A stretch of 64,000 nt of DNA from positions 14,897 to 78,896 of the forward strand of contig JBAXSU010000001.1 in the NCBI GenBank assembly GCA_037130535.1, read 5' to 3'. How positions within the stretch are numbered: position 1 is the first letter of the stretch; the number at the start of each line of letters is the position of its first letter. The notes beneath the pieces were generated by a model. It was not told the DNA's origin. It did no database searches and saw nothing but the letters and a program-made list of their open reading frames with translations. Source of the DNA: Actinomycetota bacterium. Lineage in GTDB: Bacteria > Actinomycetota > Acidimicrobiia > Acidimicrobiales > Ilumatobacteraceae. Of this stretch, positions 25,914-34,785 are shown piece after piece. The position numbers and the translations under genes are program-made.

Positions 25914-27674
25914 TCAGGCGTCGTCGGCAGGCACTTCTTCGACAGCGGGGGCTTCCTCGACGGCGGTGGCCTCGTCGGCAGGGGGCTCGTCCGCGAGTGC
26001 TGCGTCGGCCTCAGGGGCCTCGTCAACGGGAGCTGTGTCGGCGACTTGGGCTTCGTCGACAACGGGTGCTGTGTCGGCGACGACGGAGACGTCCTCGACG
26101 GATGGTGCCTCGACGGATGGTGCCTCGACGGATGGTGCCTCAGCGGATGGTGCCTCAGCGGATGGTGCCTCAGCGGATGGTGCCTCAGCGGATGATGCCT
26201 CGGCGACGGGCTCTGTGGCGGCCTCGGCAGCAGCAGGCGCAGCGGGCGCAGTGGGCGTCTCGTTGGGGGGCGCTGCCTTGGCGGGAGCTGGCTTCTTGGC
26301 CGGTGCGGCCGGACGGGTGGGGCGCAGCGGCTTGGGGGCAGCGGCACCCTGGGCGACCTCGATCCCGAACAGTGCTGCCACCTGCGGCAGCAGCGGTCCG
26401 AGACGCTTCACCGTGCTGCTCAGTTCAGCCGACGGCTGCTCGGGCCGCGCGGTGGGTGCGACCTGAGTCCGAACCGGCGAGAATGCCGCAGCCTCGAGCA
26501 ACGCCACCCAGCGCTCGCTCGCCGAGTCGGCCGTGAGCGATGTCGTGGTGGCATCGGCCAGGCGCTTGGCCAGTTCGGCGGGGAAGGGGATACCGGCCTT
26601 CGGTGGCTGCGACGACAACTTCAGCGCACGCACCACGCGACCGACGCCGATGGCGGCATCGATGTCGTCGAACCACAACAGGAGTTCCTTCTCCTGCTTG
26701 GTAGCGAGCGCTTGCTTCAACTCGGCGGCGATGGCGCGGGTGGATTCGTCGCGGGCCACCGCCGGGTCGTCGCCCGCCGCCACGACGCTGCGCAGGTCGC
26801 GCAGGTCGAGGTCGTCGATGACCGACTTGGCGGCATCGGCGCGGTCGAGCCATTCGGCGACGCGGAGCTTCGGAAGCAACTGCTCGGCCATCGACAGCAG
26901 ACCGGCTGCCGGAACCTCGTCGAGGCCTTCGGCGCGCAAGCGAGTGTTCTGCTCGTTGATGGCTTGCCGCACGGCGGGGATGCCGCCCTGTAGCGCTCGC
27001 TCGGCGACGGGGCGCTGCGCCTCGGGCAGATCGGCGAGCACGGCGTTGCGATGGGTGCGGTCAGGCTTGAGGCGCTTGGCCTTCGGCCGCTGCGGCAGCT
27101 CAGGCGGGGGAGTGAACGACGGACGCGGCTTGCGTGCCGGGCGGTCGCCCTGCCCGGCGGGCCGGTCGCCGCGGGGACGGTCGCCAGCGGGCCGGTCGCC
27201 GCGGGGGCGGTCGGAAGCAGGACGGTCGCCACGAGGCCGGTCAGAAGCGGGACGGTCGCCAGCAGGACGGTCACCACGGGGGCGGTCGCCTGCGGGACGG
27301 TCGCCGCGGGGACGATCGCCGCGGGGACGATCGCCGTCGGGACGGTCGCGGCGCGGCCGGTCGCCGCGATCGCCACGATCGCTGCGCTCGCGGCGAGCGA
27401 GTTGCTGGGTGACGGCTTCGAACGGCTTGTCGCTGGGGATCAGTTCGATCAGACCCGACCGCGGTGTGCTGCCTTTGGTGCCCGCCACCGAGACGATGGT
27501 GAGCCCGTCGAGCTCGACGTCGGCCTCGGCCTTGAACACCTGACCCGTCTTGGCGCCGTCGGGCACAAGAGCGCCGTCAACCACCCCACGGGGCTCGCGC
27601 GCGCCTGCGGCACGCCAGGTCCACGAGCCATCGGGGCGCGCGCTGGTGAGTTCGATGTCGATCCGTCGGGACAT
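25914..27674 (-). CDS. Conserved-looking repeat protein: N-terminal beta-rich domain, (G/S)DRP(R/A) pentapeptide array, helical core, (A/V)EAPS tail
   Basis: The ATG at 27674 gives 586 aa (MSRRIDIELTSARPDGSWTWRAAGAREPRG...). Codon usage is coherent. No family name recalled. Confidence 0.7.
   Translation of the reverse strand: MSRRIDIELTSARPDGSWTWRAAGAREPRGVVDGALVPDGAKTGQVFKAEADVELDGLTIVSVAGTKGSTPRSGLIELIPSDKPFEAVTQQLARRERSDRGDRGDRPRRDRPDGDRPRGDRPRGDRPAGDRPRGDRPAGDRPASDRPRGDRPASDRPRGDRPAGDRPRGDRPAGQGDRPARKPRPSFTPPPELPQRPKAKRLKPDRTHRNAVLADLPEAQRPVAERALQGGIPAVRQAINEQNTRLRAEGLDEVPAAGLLSMAEQLLPKLRVAEWLDRADAAKSVIDDLDLRDLRSVVAAGDDPAVARDESTRAIAAELKQALATKQEKELLLWFDDIDAAIGVGRVVRALKLSSQPPKAGIPFPAELAKRLADATTTSLTADSASERWVALLEAAAFSPVRTQVAPTARPEQPSAELSSTVKRLGPLLPQVAALFGIEVAQGAAAPKPLRPTRPAAPAKKPAPAKAAPPNETPTAPAAPAAAEAATEPVAEASSAEAPSAEAPSAEAPSAEAPSVEAPSVEAPSVEDVSVVADTAPVVDEAQVADTAPVDEAPEADAALADEPPADEATAVEEAPAVEEVPADDA
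26101..26205 (-). repeat. Seven tandem 15-bp units (gatggtgcctc[ga][ga]cg) encoding (A/V)EAPS
   Basis: Read directly from the sequence: 3x gatggtgcctcgacg, 3x gatggtgcctcagcg and 1x gatgatgcctcggcg. The array is in frame within the CDS. Confidence 0.9.
27138..27383 (-). repeat. About 16 degenerate 15-nt units encoding the (G/S)DRP(R/A) pentapeptide array
   Basis: The peptide reads ...SDRGDRGDRPRRDRPDGDRPRGDRPRGDRPAGDRPRGDRPAGDRPASDRPRGDRPASDRPRGDRPAGDRPRGDRPAGQGDRPA... Confidence 0.85.
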
Positions 27675-27741
27675 GGTCGCCAACGGTACCCGGCCACGCA
27701 CCGGTTCTGCACGCCCACAGCCGCGTCGATACGGTTGCTCC

Positions 27742-28260
27742 GTGCCCATCTACGCGCTCGGCGACCAAGTTCCCGACATCCACCCCGATGCATTCATCCA
27801 TCCCGACGCCGTCATCATCGGCTCGGTCACCATCGGCGCCCAGAGTTCGGTCTGGCCCGGCGCTGTGCTGCGCGGCGACGACGGCTACATCAGCATCGGT
27901 GCGCGCACCTCCATCCAGGACAACTCGGTGCTGCACACCACACCGATGTATCCCACCGTCGTGGGCGACGATTGCGTGGTCGGCCACATCGTGCACCTCG
28001 AGGGGTGCACCATCGAATCGGGTGTGTTGGTGGGCAACGGCTCGATCGTGTTGCACCGGGTGGTGGTGCGCACCGGTGCCATCGTGGCAGCGAACGCTGT
28101 GCTGCTGAACGGCCTCGAGGTGCCCACCGGTGCCATTGCCGTAGGCGTCCCCGCGGTCATCAAAGAAGGCCGAGCGCGGGCCGCAGACATCGAGATGGGA
28201 GTGGCGAGCTACCTCGACAAGTCGCGCCGCTACCGCGACACATTGCGCCGGATCGACTGA
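27742..28260 (+). CDS. Gamma-class carbonic anhydrase / hexapeptide-repeat (YrdA/PaaY-like) protein
   Basis: GTG at 27742. VPIYALGDQVPDIHPDAFIHPDAVIIGSVTIG... shows left-handed beta-helix repeats. Confidence 0.85.
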   Translation: MPIYALGDQVPDIHPDAFIHPDAVIIGSVTIGAQSSVWPGAVLRGDDGYISIGARTSIQDNSVLHTTPMYPTVVGDDCVVGHIVHLEGCTIESGVLVGNGSIVLHRVVVRTGAIVAANAVLLNGLEVPTGAIAVGVPAVIKEGRARAADIEMGVASYLDKSRRYRDTLRRID

Positions 28261-29084
28261 TGCTCGTCCTGGTGCTGACGGCACCGCCCGATGAAGTCGA
28301 GATCGCCGCCGATCACCTGTGGTCGCTCGGGGTGGTGGCGGTGGAGGAGCGCACCGCGGCTGACGGCGTGGTGGAACTGTGGACGTCGCTCGGCGACGAC
28401 ACCGGTGCCGCCGGTGCGGCCGTCGCTGCGTTTCCCGATACATGGCGCTGGCGGTGGGAGACGGTCGACGAGTCGGTGGCCGACACCTGGCGCGCGTTCG
28501 CCGCGCCGGTGTGGGTCGACGACGACCTGGTCGTGTGTCCGGCGTGGGTTCCGGCGCCCGAGGGCATCGGGACCGGCATTACCGTGGTGCACATCGAGCC
28601 GGGGGCCACGTTCGGCCTGGGCGATCACCCCACCACACAGTTGTCGATGCTGGCCGTGCGACGCGCCCTGGGCGACCGAGTGGAGACCACCCTGCTCGAC
28701 GTGGGCTGCGGGTCGGGCGTGCTCGCCATCGGCGCCGTGCTGTTCGGTGCCGCCAGCGCGGTGGGCATCGACATCGCCCCGGCTGCCGTACCCACCACGC
28801 TCGACAACGCCGTCCGCAACGGCGTCGACGACCGGGTGCAGGTGTCGACCATGCCGCTGGCCGAGGTGGAAGGCACCTACGACCTCGTGGTGGCGAACAT
28901 CCTCGCCCCGACGCTTGTCGAGTTGGCCGACGATCTGCTCCGCGTGCTCGCTGCCCGCGGCACCCTCGTGATCAGTGGTGTGCTCGACGGCCGGTTCGAC
29001 CACGTCGTTGCTGCCCTTGCGCCCGCGCGGGTGGTGGCGGTCGACGTGCTCGACGGCTGGGCCGCGGTCACCCTGCGGCGATGA
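28260..29084 (+). CDS. prmA: Ribosomal protein L11 methyltransferase
   Basis: ...IEPGATFGLGDHPTTQLSM...LLDVGCGSGVLAI...DLVVANIL. The ATG overlaps the previous stop. Confidence 0.85.
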   Translation: MLVLVLTAPPDEVEIAADHLWSLGVVAVEERTAADGVVELWTSLGDDTGAAGAAVAAFPDTWRWRWETVDESVADTWRAFAAPVWVDDDLVVCPAWVPAPEGIGTGITVVHIEPGATFGLGDHPTTQLSMLAVRRALGDRVETTLLDVGCGSGVLAIGAVLFGAASAVGIDIAPAAVPTTLDNAVRNGVDDRVQVSTMPLAEVEGTYDLVVANILAPTLVELADDLLRVLAARGTLVISGVLDGRFDHVVAALAPARVVAVDVLDGWAAVTLRR

Positions 29085-29937
29085 ATGCCATCACGTCGGC
29101 CCGCTGCGGGATCGACGGCACGGCACCAGCCGTGGTGGTGCTCAGCGCAGCAGCCGCCGACGCGTAACGCAATGCGTCGGCGCGGCTGTCGCCGGCAGCG
29201 AGCCGGGCGCACAGCGCCCCGCAGAACGTGTCGCCCGCACCCGTGGTATCGACCGGTCGCACGGCGAACGGCGCCACCGCGCGGCGGCCGTCGCGGTCGT
29301 GCACCATGGCACCCTTGGCCCCGAGCGTGACCACCACCGTGCCTGCCCCGGCGGCCAGCACCGCTTCGACGCCGCCGAGCAGTTCGACCTCGTGCTCGTT
29401 GGGCACGACGATGTCGCAGAGGCCGAGCAGCTCGGCGTCGAGCACCTGAGCGGGTGCGGGGTTCAACACCGTGGTGGCACCCATCGCCCGTGCTGCGCGG
29501 AACGCAGCGATGATGGTGGGCAGGGGCACCTCGAGCTGCGACAGCACCACCGCAGCCGATGGCAGGTCGTCGGCCACCACCGACTGATTCGCGCCCGACA
29601 CGACGATGATCGAGTTCTCGCCGCTGTCGGCGACCCCGATGAGCGCGCGGCCCGTTGCCACGCCCTCGATGCTGCGCACTCGCGATCGTTCGATGCCATC
29701 GGCGTCCATCACGCCACGCAGCACGTCGGCAGCCGTGTCGTCGCCGAGCGCCGAGACGAAGCAGGTCGACGCACCGGCGCGGGCTGCCGCGACCGCCTGG
29801 TTCAGGCCCTTGCCGCCCGGGTGCTCGTGGTAGTCGCGGCCCATCACCGTCTCGCCCGGACTCGGCAGCACCGCGGCCGTGGCCACCAGGTCGAGGTTGC
29901 TGCTGCCCACCACACACACGTCGAACTCGGCGCTCAT
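29068..29937 (-). CDS. rbsK: Ribokinase (PfkB family)
   Basis: The internal ATG at 29937 gives MSAEFDVCVVGSSNLDLV...GGKGLNQAVAAAR...DTTGAGDTFCGAL. The 3' end overlaps prmA by 17 nt (convergent). Confidence 0.85.
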   Translation of the reverse strand: MSAEFDVCVVGSSNLDLVATAAVLPSPGETVMGRDYHEHPGGKGLNQAVAAARAGASTCFVSALGDDTAADVLRGVMDADGIERSRVRSIEGVATGRALIGVADSGENSIIVVSGANQSVVADDLPSAAVVLSQLEVPLPTIIAAFRAARAMGATTVLNPAPAQVLDAELLGLCDIVVPNEHEVELLGGVEAVLAAGAGTVVVTLGAKGAMVHDRDGRRAVAPFAVRPVDTTGAGDTFCGALCARLAAGDSRADALRYASAAAALSTTTAGAVPSIPQRADVMAFIAAG

Positions 29938-30096
29938 CGGCGCGACGCTACTCGTCGGCCGGTCAGAACACCGGGGGTCGCTCGGCCAGGAAGGCAGCCA
30001 CCGCTTCGGCATGCACGGGCGACGCCTGGCACTCAGCCAGACACAGAAGCCGCGTCCGGCGCCCATCATCACGAGCGCGCCAGGGGAGTGAGACGG

Positions 30097-31167
30097 TCAG
30101 GCCAGGTCGAACAGCGGCGAGAAGTCGTGGCGGTCGAACGAGGGCAGGTACGAGCGAACCGTGTCGCGGCGGAACTGGGCACACAGGTCGGGCCGGAAGA
30201 ACCGGGCTCCCTCGCGCACCACGTAGTTGAGGATGAAGAAGCGATACACCTCGGGCAGGAAGCGCACCTCGTCGGCCACCAGCGGGAACACCGCGCTGTA
30301 TGCCTGCACGAGCGCCAGGAACGTGGGCTCGGTGAGAGTGTGGGCACCGTAGGTGAAGCGGGTGCGGTCGCCGGTGTGGCTCGACACCCGCGACAGGAAG
30401 TAGAAGTCGAGCAGGCGCGGTTCGATGCGGAACCAGTCGTAGTCCCAGCGGCTGAACAGGCGGAACCCCTTGTCGGGATCCGCCGGCTCCACCGGCGCGA
30501 CCGAGAAGTTGCCGAGGTTCCAGTCGATGAGCACCGGGATCTTCGGCCACTCGTCGTAGCCCACCTCCACCAGTCGCTCGAGGAACTCGTGGGTGTGGCG
30601 CCACAGCAGGCCGATCGCCTCGGGTGGCAGGTCGAAGTTGCGCGGTGCGAACGGGCTCTCGAGCAGGTCGAGCAGGTGGATGGCGTCGCTCTTGATGGTC
30701 TTCGAACTGCCCGGGAGGTGCGGGGCGATGTCGGTGCAGGCCAGATGGAACTCGGCGATCTCGCGCCCCAGGTTCTCGACCTGCTCGATACCCAGCACGC
30801 GGGGGAGCGACTCGGCGCGCGGTACGTCGTCGTAGAACACCGCCCACATCGACTGGTCGTACCAGGTGAAGATGCGCTCGGGTCGTCCTCGTTCGGTCCA
30901 CACACCAGCGAGCATTCCGCCGAAGCGGGTGTCGTCGAGCAGTCGGGCGCAGCGGTGCAGACGATCGTGATCTTCGACGAACAAGAAGTACGACCCGTAC
31001 GACGACACCTTCGTCACGCAGGTGCTGGCGTCGTCGAGGTGAATGCGGTAGACGCGGTTCGTCGAGACGTTGGCGCTCACCTCGTCGAGGGCGACGATGC
31101 GTCGCGGGTCGCCGTACTCGGCCCAGGCCGACACGACGGCGGCGCGCTGCTCTGCGTCGGCGGGCAT
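30097..31167 (-). CDS. Aminoglycoside-phosphotransferase/choline-kinase-fold small-molecule kinase
   Basis: 356 aa. The kinase-like catalytic loop region ...PVLIDWNLGNFSV... is present. The substrate is not inferable. Confidence 0.6.
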   Translation of the reverse strand: MPADAEQRAAVVSAWAEYGDPRRIVALDEVSANVSTNRVYRIHLDDASTCVTKVSSYGSYFLFVEDHDRLHRCARLLDDTRFGGMLAGVWTERGRPERIFTWYDQSMWAVFYDDVPRAESLPRVLGIEQVENLGREIAEFHLACTDIAPHLPGSSKTIKSDAIHLLDLLESPFAPRNFDLPPEAIGLLWRHTHEFLERLVEVGYDEWPKIPVLIDWNLGNFSVAPVEPADPDKGFRLFSRWDYDWFRIEPRLLDFYFLSRVSSHTGDRTRFTYGAHTLTEPTFLALVQAYSAVFPLVADEVRFLPEVYRFFILNYVVREGARFFRPDLCAQFRRDTVRSYLPSFDRHDFSPLFDLA

Positions 31168-31198
31168 GAGTGCAGCGTAGGCGGCGTCAGCCGACGGT

Positions 31199-31240
31199 GC
31201 TGCTCAGACCGGGCTGCTCAGACCGGGCTGCTCAGACCGC
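31199..31240. repeat. 3 x 14-bp perfect/near-perfect tandem repeat gctgctcagaccgg
   Basis: Copies lie at 31199-31212, 31213-31226 and 31227-31240 (the last ends gc). The array spans the whiB-family stop codon (31232-31234) and the spacer upstream of the kinase gene. Confidence 0.9.
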
Positions 31241-31537
31241 GTCGCGGGCGCGGACGCCGATGGGGGCGATGAGGCGGAACCCGGCCTGATGCCGTTGGTC
31301 TTCGCTCTCGCCGCCCCAGAAGCCGTACTCGTGGTTGGTGCGGGCGAACTCGCGACAGGTCGACTGCACCCGGCACGCCGCACACACGGCCTCGGCAGCG
31401 GCCTCGCGGCGCTCGCGGGCCTGGGGACGTTCAGCTGCCGCTGGGAAGTACAGGTGGGTCAGGCCCTTGCACTCGGCGTTCATCATCCATCCGTCATCGG
31501 TGACGATGCGGTGGAACAGAGTTTCGACAGCGGCCAT
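31232..31537 (-). CDS. WhiB-family Fe-S transcription factor
   Basis: 101 aa. Four Cys (ECKG...CAACRVQSTC) and the GFWGGESE turn. Confidence 0.88.
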   Translation of the reverse strand: MAAVETLFHRIVTDDGWMMNAECKGLTHLYFPAAAERPQARERREAAAEAVCAACRVQSTCREFARTNHEYGFWGGESEDQRHQAGFRLIAPIGVRARDAV

Positions 31538-31689
31538 CAGTGCCCCCTTGCACGAACGATCCCAGGTGCACTCGATGACTCGACCCCCGTGTGTCGCTGC
31601 CGATCGGCCGAGGTCGAGGGGCGAGACGTCACCGACGTGCTGGAGCCGAGCGTACCAGAAGTGACCACCCAGTCAATTGCAGCGCGCAA

Positions 31690-32751
31690 TCATCGTGCCG
31701 CGAGCGCGGCGGCTACCCCGGCGACGAACTGGTCGACGTCGGTGGCGGTGGTGTCCCAGGCGGCCATCCAGCGCACCTGATGGCGCGAGACGTCCCAGTC
31801 GTAGAACGAACACCACCGCTGCAGCGGGACGATGACCTCGGGTGGCAGCACAGGAAAGACGCTGTTCACCTGGGGCGGCGCGTCGAATCGCACCCCGTCG
31901 AGGTGCACCGTCGCGTCGTAGAGGCGTTGCGCCATCGAGTTCGAGTGCCGGGCCAGGTCGAGCCACAGGTCGTCATCGAGCAGGGCCAGCAGTTGCGCTG
32001 CCACGAACCGCATCTTCGACGGCAATTGGGTGACCTGCTTGCGGATGAACATGGCCCGGGTGGCGAGTTCGGGGTCGAGGAACACGACCGCCTCGCCGAA
32101 CGCGGCACCGGCCTTGGTGAAGCCGAAGCTCAGTACGTCGACCCCGGCGTCGACCGTGAACGACCGCAGCGCTTCGACCGTGCCGCCGAGTGCCGCCGTG
32201 GCGTTGGCCAACCGGGCACCGTCGAGGTGCACGCGCAGGCCCAGCCGATGCGCCGCGTCGCAGAGGGCGGCGATCTCGTCGGGTGTGTACAGGGTGCCCA
32301 GTTCGGTGCTCTGAGTGATCGACAACACGCCGGGCTGGGCATGGTGCTGCACCCCGATGAGATGGGCGAGGTCGTCGAGCTGATCGGGCACCAACTTGGC
32401 GTCGGACGAGGGGAGCGTGAGCAACTTCGCGCCGAGGATGCGCTCGGGTGCGCCGGTCTCGTCGACGGCGATGTGCGCCCATGAACTGCACACCACGCAG
32501 TCGGCCGGGCGCAGCATCGCTGCTAAGGCCGTGACGTTGGCGCCGGTGCCGTTCCACACCAGCAGACTCGTGGTGCGCGCGCCGAACAGATCGCGGAGGC
32601 GATCGGTGCACTCGGCGGTCCACCGGTCGGCTCCGTAGGCGACTGCGTGGCCGTCGTTCGCGGTTGCGAGGGCGTCGAGGACACGCGGGTGCATGCCCGC
32701 GGCGTTGTCGCTACCGAAACTGCGTGACGGTGCGGGAGGCAGAACGAGCAT
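31690..32751 (-). CDS. ltaE: Low-specificity threonine aldolase family PLP enzyme (beta-hydroxy-alpha-amino-acid retro-aldolase)
   Basis: The internal ATG at 32751 gives ...FGSDNAAGMHPRVL...WNGTGANVTAL...HLDGARLANA...FGFTKAGA (PLP lysine). Confidence 0.82.
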   Translation of the reverse strand: MLVLPPAPSRSFGSDNAAGMHPRVLDALATANDGHAVAYGADRWTAECTDRLRDLFGARTTSLLVWNGTGANVTALAAMLRPADCVVCSSWAHIAVDETGAPERILGAKLLTLPSSDAKLVPDQLDDLAHLIGVQHHAQPGVLSITQSTELGTLYTPDEIAALCDAAHRLGLRVHLDGARLANATAALGGTVEALRSFTVDAGVDVLSFGFTKAGAAFGEAVVFLDPELATRAMFIRKQVTQLPSKMRFVAAQLLALLDDDLWLDLARHSNSMAQRLYDATVHLDGVRFDAPPQVNSVFPVLPPEVIVPLQRWCSFYDWDVSRHQVRWMAAWDTTATDVDQFVAGVAAALAAR

Positions 32752-32818
32752 GGGCCCAGTCTGCCGTGCCTCGCCGTCGGTTGTGTGCCCCTGCCGTTGC
32801 CGTCGCGCCGACCCGCGG

Positions 32819-33796
32819 TCAGGCCCCGAACTCGGTGACGATGACCCGGCCATGTCGATCGCCGGCGCTCGGCGCGAGGTCGGCGACCACGAAACTGCGC
32901 TGGAGCCAGCGGTCGGTGCCATCGAAGCGGGGCACGAACGGGGTGCGACCGTGCACGGCGACCGTGTTGTCGACCACCAGCACGTCGCCGGCAGACAGCG
33001 AGACGGCGGTGCTGTGGGCGGCCACCGCTGCGCCGAGCGCCTGCAGCGCCTCGTCGGCCGCGCCGTCGACACCCACCATCAGGTCGGCGTCGAACACCAT
33101 CGCGGGTCGATTGCGGAGTCCGCTCAGCACGGCCATCGGTGCGCCGAGCACGTTGCGCCGCCCGTGCAGATAACTCTCGTCGACCGCCGTGCGAAAGCGT
33201 GGCGCGAACAGGGTGTCGACGACGTCGTGGGGGAGGAGGGGCAGCACCTCGCGGATCGACGACAATGTGGTGTGCGCAGCCGGGTCGCCGCGCAGACAGA
33301 GCAGCAGCAGGTACCGGGGCCGATGGGGGTGGAAGGCGGCCTCGGTGTGGAACATCAGCTCGACCTTCGACGAGGTCGACACCTGTCGGTCGGCGGTGCC
33401 GGCGACGGGCACGATGTTCTGGACGAGGTCGCCGCCGTGTTCGGGCAGATACCCGACCGGCTGGCCCAGGCGCCTGGCCACGGCCAGGAGGGTGAGCTCG
33501 CTCGTGTGGTCCTTGGCCCCGATGGCAGTGGGTGCGGCCGGGGTGGGCCCCACCGTGCCGATCGGTGCCCCTCGCACCAAGATGGCACCGCTGGGGTGCG
33601 ACTCGTCGGCGAAGTCGATCAGCGCGTCGTGCACCGCGGCGGGCATCGAGCGACCAGCGTGGCCGGCCGGGCCGACGAGGTCGTCGATACAGACAACCGG
33701 TTCCGGCACTGGCCAACCACGGTGCGTGCCCCACTCCACGATGGCAGGAGGCTGGTGCACACGGTGATCGAGGTCGGCGTCGCGCCCGGTCGTCAT
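32819..33796 (-). CDS. Clavaminate-synthase-like Fe(II)/2-oxoglutarate amino-acid beta-hydroxylase (VioC/AsnO/KDO-like)
   Basis: The internal ATG at 33796 gives 325 aa. Contains ...ELMFHTEAAFHPHRPRYLLLLCLRGD... (HxE), ...VDNTVAVHGRTPF... (distal His) and DRWLQRSFV. Confidence 0.75.
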   Translation of the reverse strand: MTTGRDADLDHRVHQPPAIVEWGTHRGWPVPEPVVCIDDLVGPAGHAGRSMPAAVHDALIDFADESHPSGAILVRGAPIGTVGPTPAAPTAIGAKDHTSELTLLAVARRLGQPVGYLPEHGGDLVQNIVPVAGTADRQVSTSSKVELMFHTEAAFHPHRPRYLLLLCLRGDPAAHTTLSSIREVLPLLPHDVVDTLFAPRFRTAVDESYLHGRRNVLGAPMAVLSGLRNRPAMVFDADLMVGVDGAADEALQALGAAVAAHSTAVSLSAGDVLVVDNTVAVHGRTPFVPRFDGTDRWLQRSFVVADLAPSAGDRHGRVIVTEFGA

Positions 33797-33888
33797 GTTC
33801 CGTACATTAGCCGGAATGGAATACCCGTTCCAATCTCTCCACGACCGGGTCGGCCCCACTCGGCGGCGTACGACTACACTCCGCGGCG
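33797..33888. promoter_or_regulatory. Divergent promoter/operator region between the hydroxylase operon and rpiR
   Basis: Locally AT-richer 92-nt spacer with GTTCC/GGAAT half-site repeats (gttccgtacattagccggaatggaatacccgttcca). Confidence 0.4.
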
Positions 33889-34725
33889 ATGCAGGTGGCG
33901 GATCGAATCGGCAGCCAGGGGGCCGCGCTCACCACGGCAGAGCGGCGTGTGGCCGAGGTGGTACTGGCCCGCCCGCAACTGGTGGCCTTTGGCACGGTGG
34001 CCGAGCTGGCATCGGCCGCGGGTTCGGGTGCAGCGACGGTGGTGCGGCTGTCGACCAAGCTCGGCTACGACGGGTTCACTGCGCTCCAGGCGGCGGTGCA
34101 GGCCGAGCTGGCGGCCCAACTGCGCCCTGCCGCCGAACGCATCCGCGAGCCGGCTGGAGCCGACCTCACCACCCGCCATCAGCAGCTCGAAGTGGCGAAT
34201 GTTGAGGCATCGCTGGGGGCTGTGTCGGCCGAGACGCTCGCCGCAGTGGTCGACCACCTGGCCGACCGCGACGCCCGGGTGTTCGTCCTGTCGGGCGACG
34301 CGTCGCGTGGTGTGGCACTGCAGTTCGTGGGCGACCTCGGGTCACTCCGCGACGACGTGACGCTCATCGACGGCAATCCCGTCGCCGTTCGTCGCCAGGC
34401 GGCTCTGCTGCACGCCGGCGACGTACTGCTGACGCTCGACCTGCGCCGCTACGAGCGATGGGTGATCGACGTCGCGCAAACCGCCCGCGCTGCGGGGGTG
34501 TGGTCGGTGGCGCTCACCGACAGCGTGCTGTCGCCACTCGCGCAGATCGCCGATGCGACTGTGGTGCTCGCGGCCGCCGGGAGCGGCCCGTTCGACAGCC
34601 ACACCGGCACGCTGGCGGTATTCGACCTGTTCGTCTCGGCGGTGGCCGACCGGTTGCGGGCCCACGCCACCGAGCGCCTCGACCGGCTCGAGGCCGTCTG
34701 GCGCGAAGTGCTCACCGACCGCTGA
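33889..34725 (+). CDS. MurR/RpiR-family transcriptional regulator (HTH + SIS domain)
   Basis: 278 aa. ...LTTAERRVAEVVLARPQLVAFGTVAELASAAGSGAATVVRLSTKLGYDGF... followed by a SIS-like half. Confidence 0.85.
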   Translation: MQVADRIGSQGAALTTAERRVAEVVLARPQLVAFGTVAELASAAGSGAATVVRLSTKLGYDGFTALQAAVQAELAAQLRPAAERIREPAGADLTTRHQQLEVANVEASLGAVSAETLAAVVDHLADRDARVFVLSGDASRGVALQFVGDLGSLRDDVTLIDGNPVAVRRQAALLHAGDVLLTLDLRRYERWVIDVAQTARAAGVWSVALTDSVLSPLAQIADATVVLAAAGSGPFDSHTGTLAVFDLFVSAVADRLRAHATERLDRLEAVWREVLTDR

Positions 34726-34767
34726 TCACCCGTCGGCCGGCACCATGCAAGCCTCATGCCGCCTAGT

Positions 34768-34785
34768 ATTTCGTCATGACGAAAT
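34768..34785. promoter_or_regulatory. 18-bp perfect palindrome ATTTCGTCATGACGAAAT centred on the ATG of the next ORF
   Basis: Read directly. The reverse complement is identical, and the site is AT-rich in a GC-rich genome. The ATG at 34776-34778 sits at the dyad. Confidence 0.6.

Noticed and set aside
26101-26205. Regular 15-bp direct repeats, considered as a possible CRISPR or other array
   Set aside because: There are no spacers, the units are contiguous, in frame and translated as (A/V)EAPS inside a long CDS, and no cas genes are present.
27051-31272. Long plus-strand ORFs 27051..29084 (N-terminal part) and 28975..31272
   Set aside because: Only the C-terminal 274 codons of the first are real (prmA). 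The remainder, and the whole second ORF, run antisense to the repeat protein, the ribokinase and the APH-like kinase.
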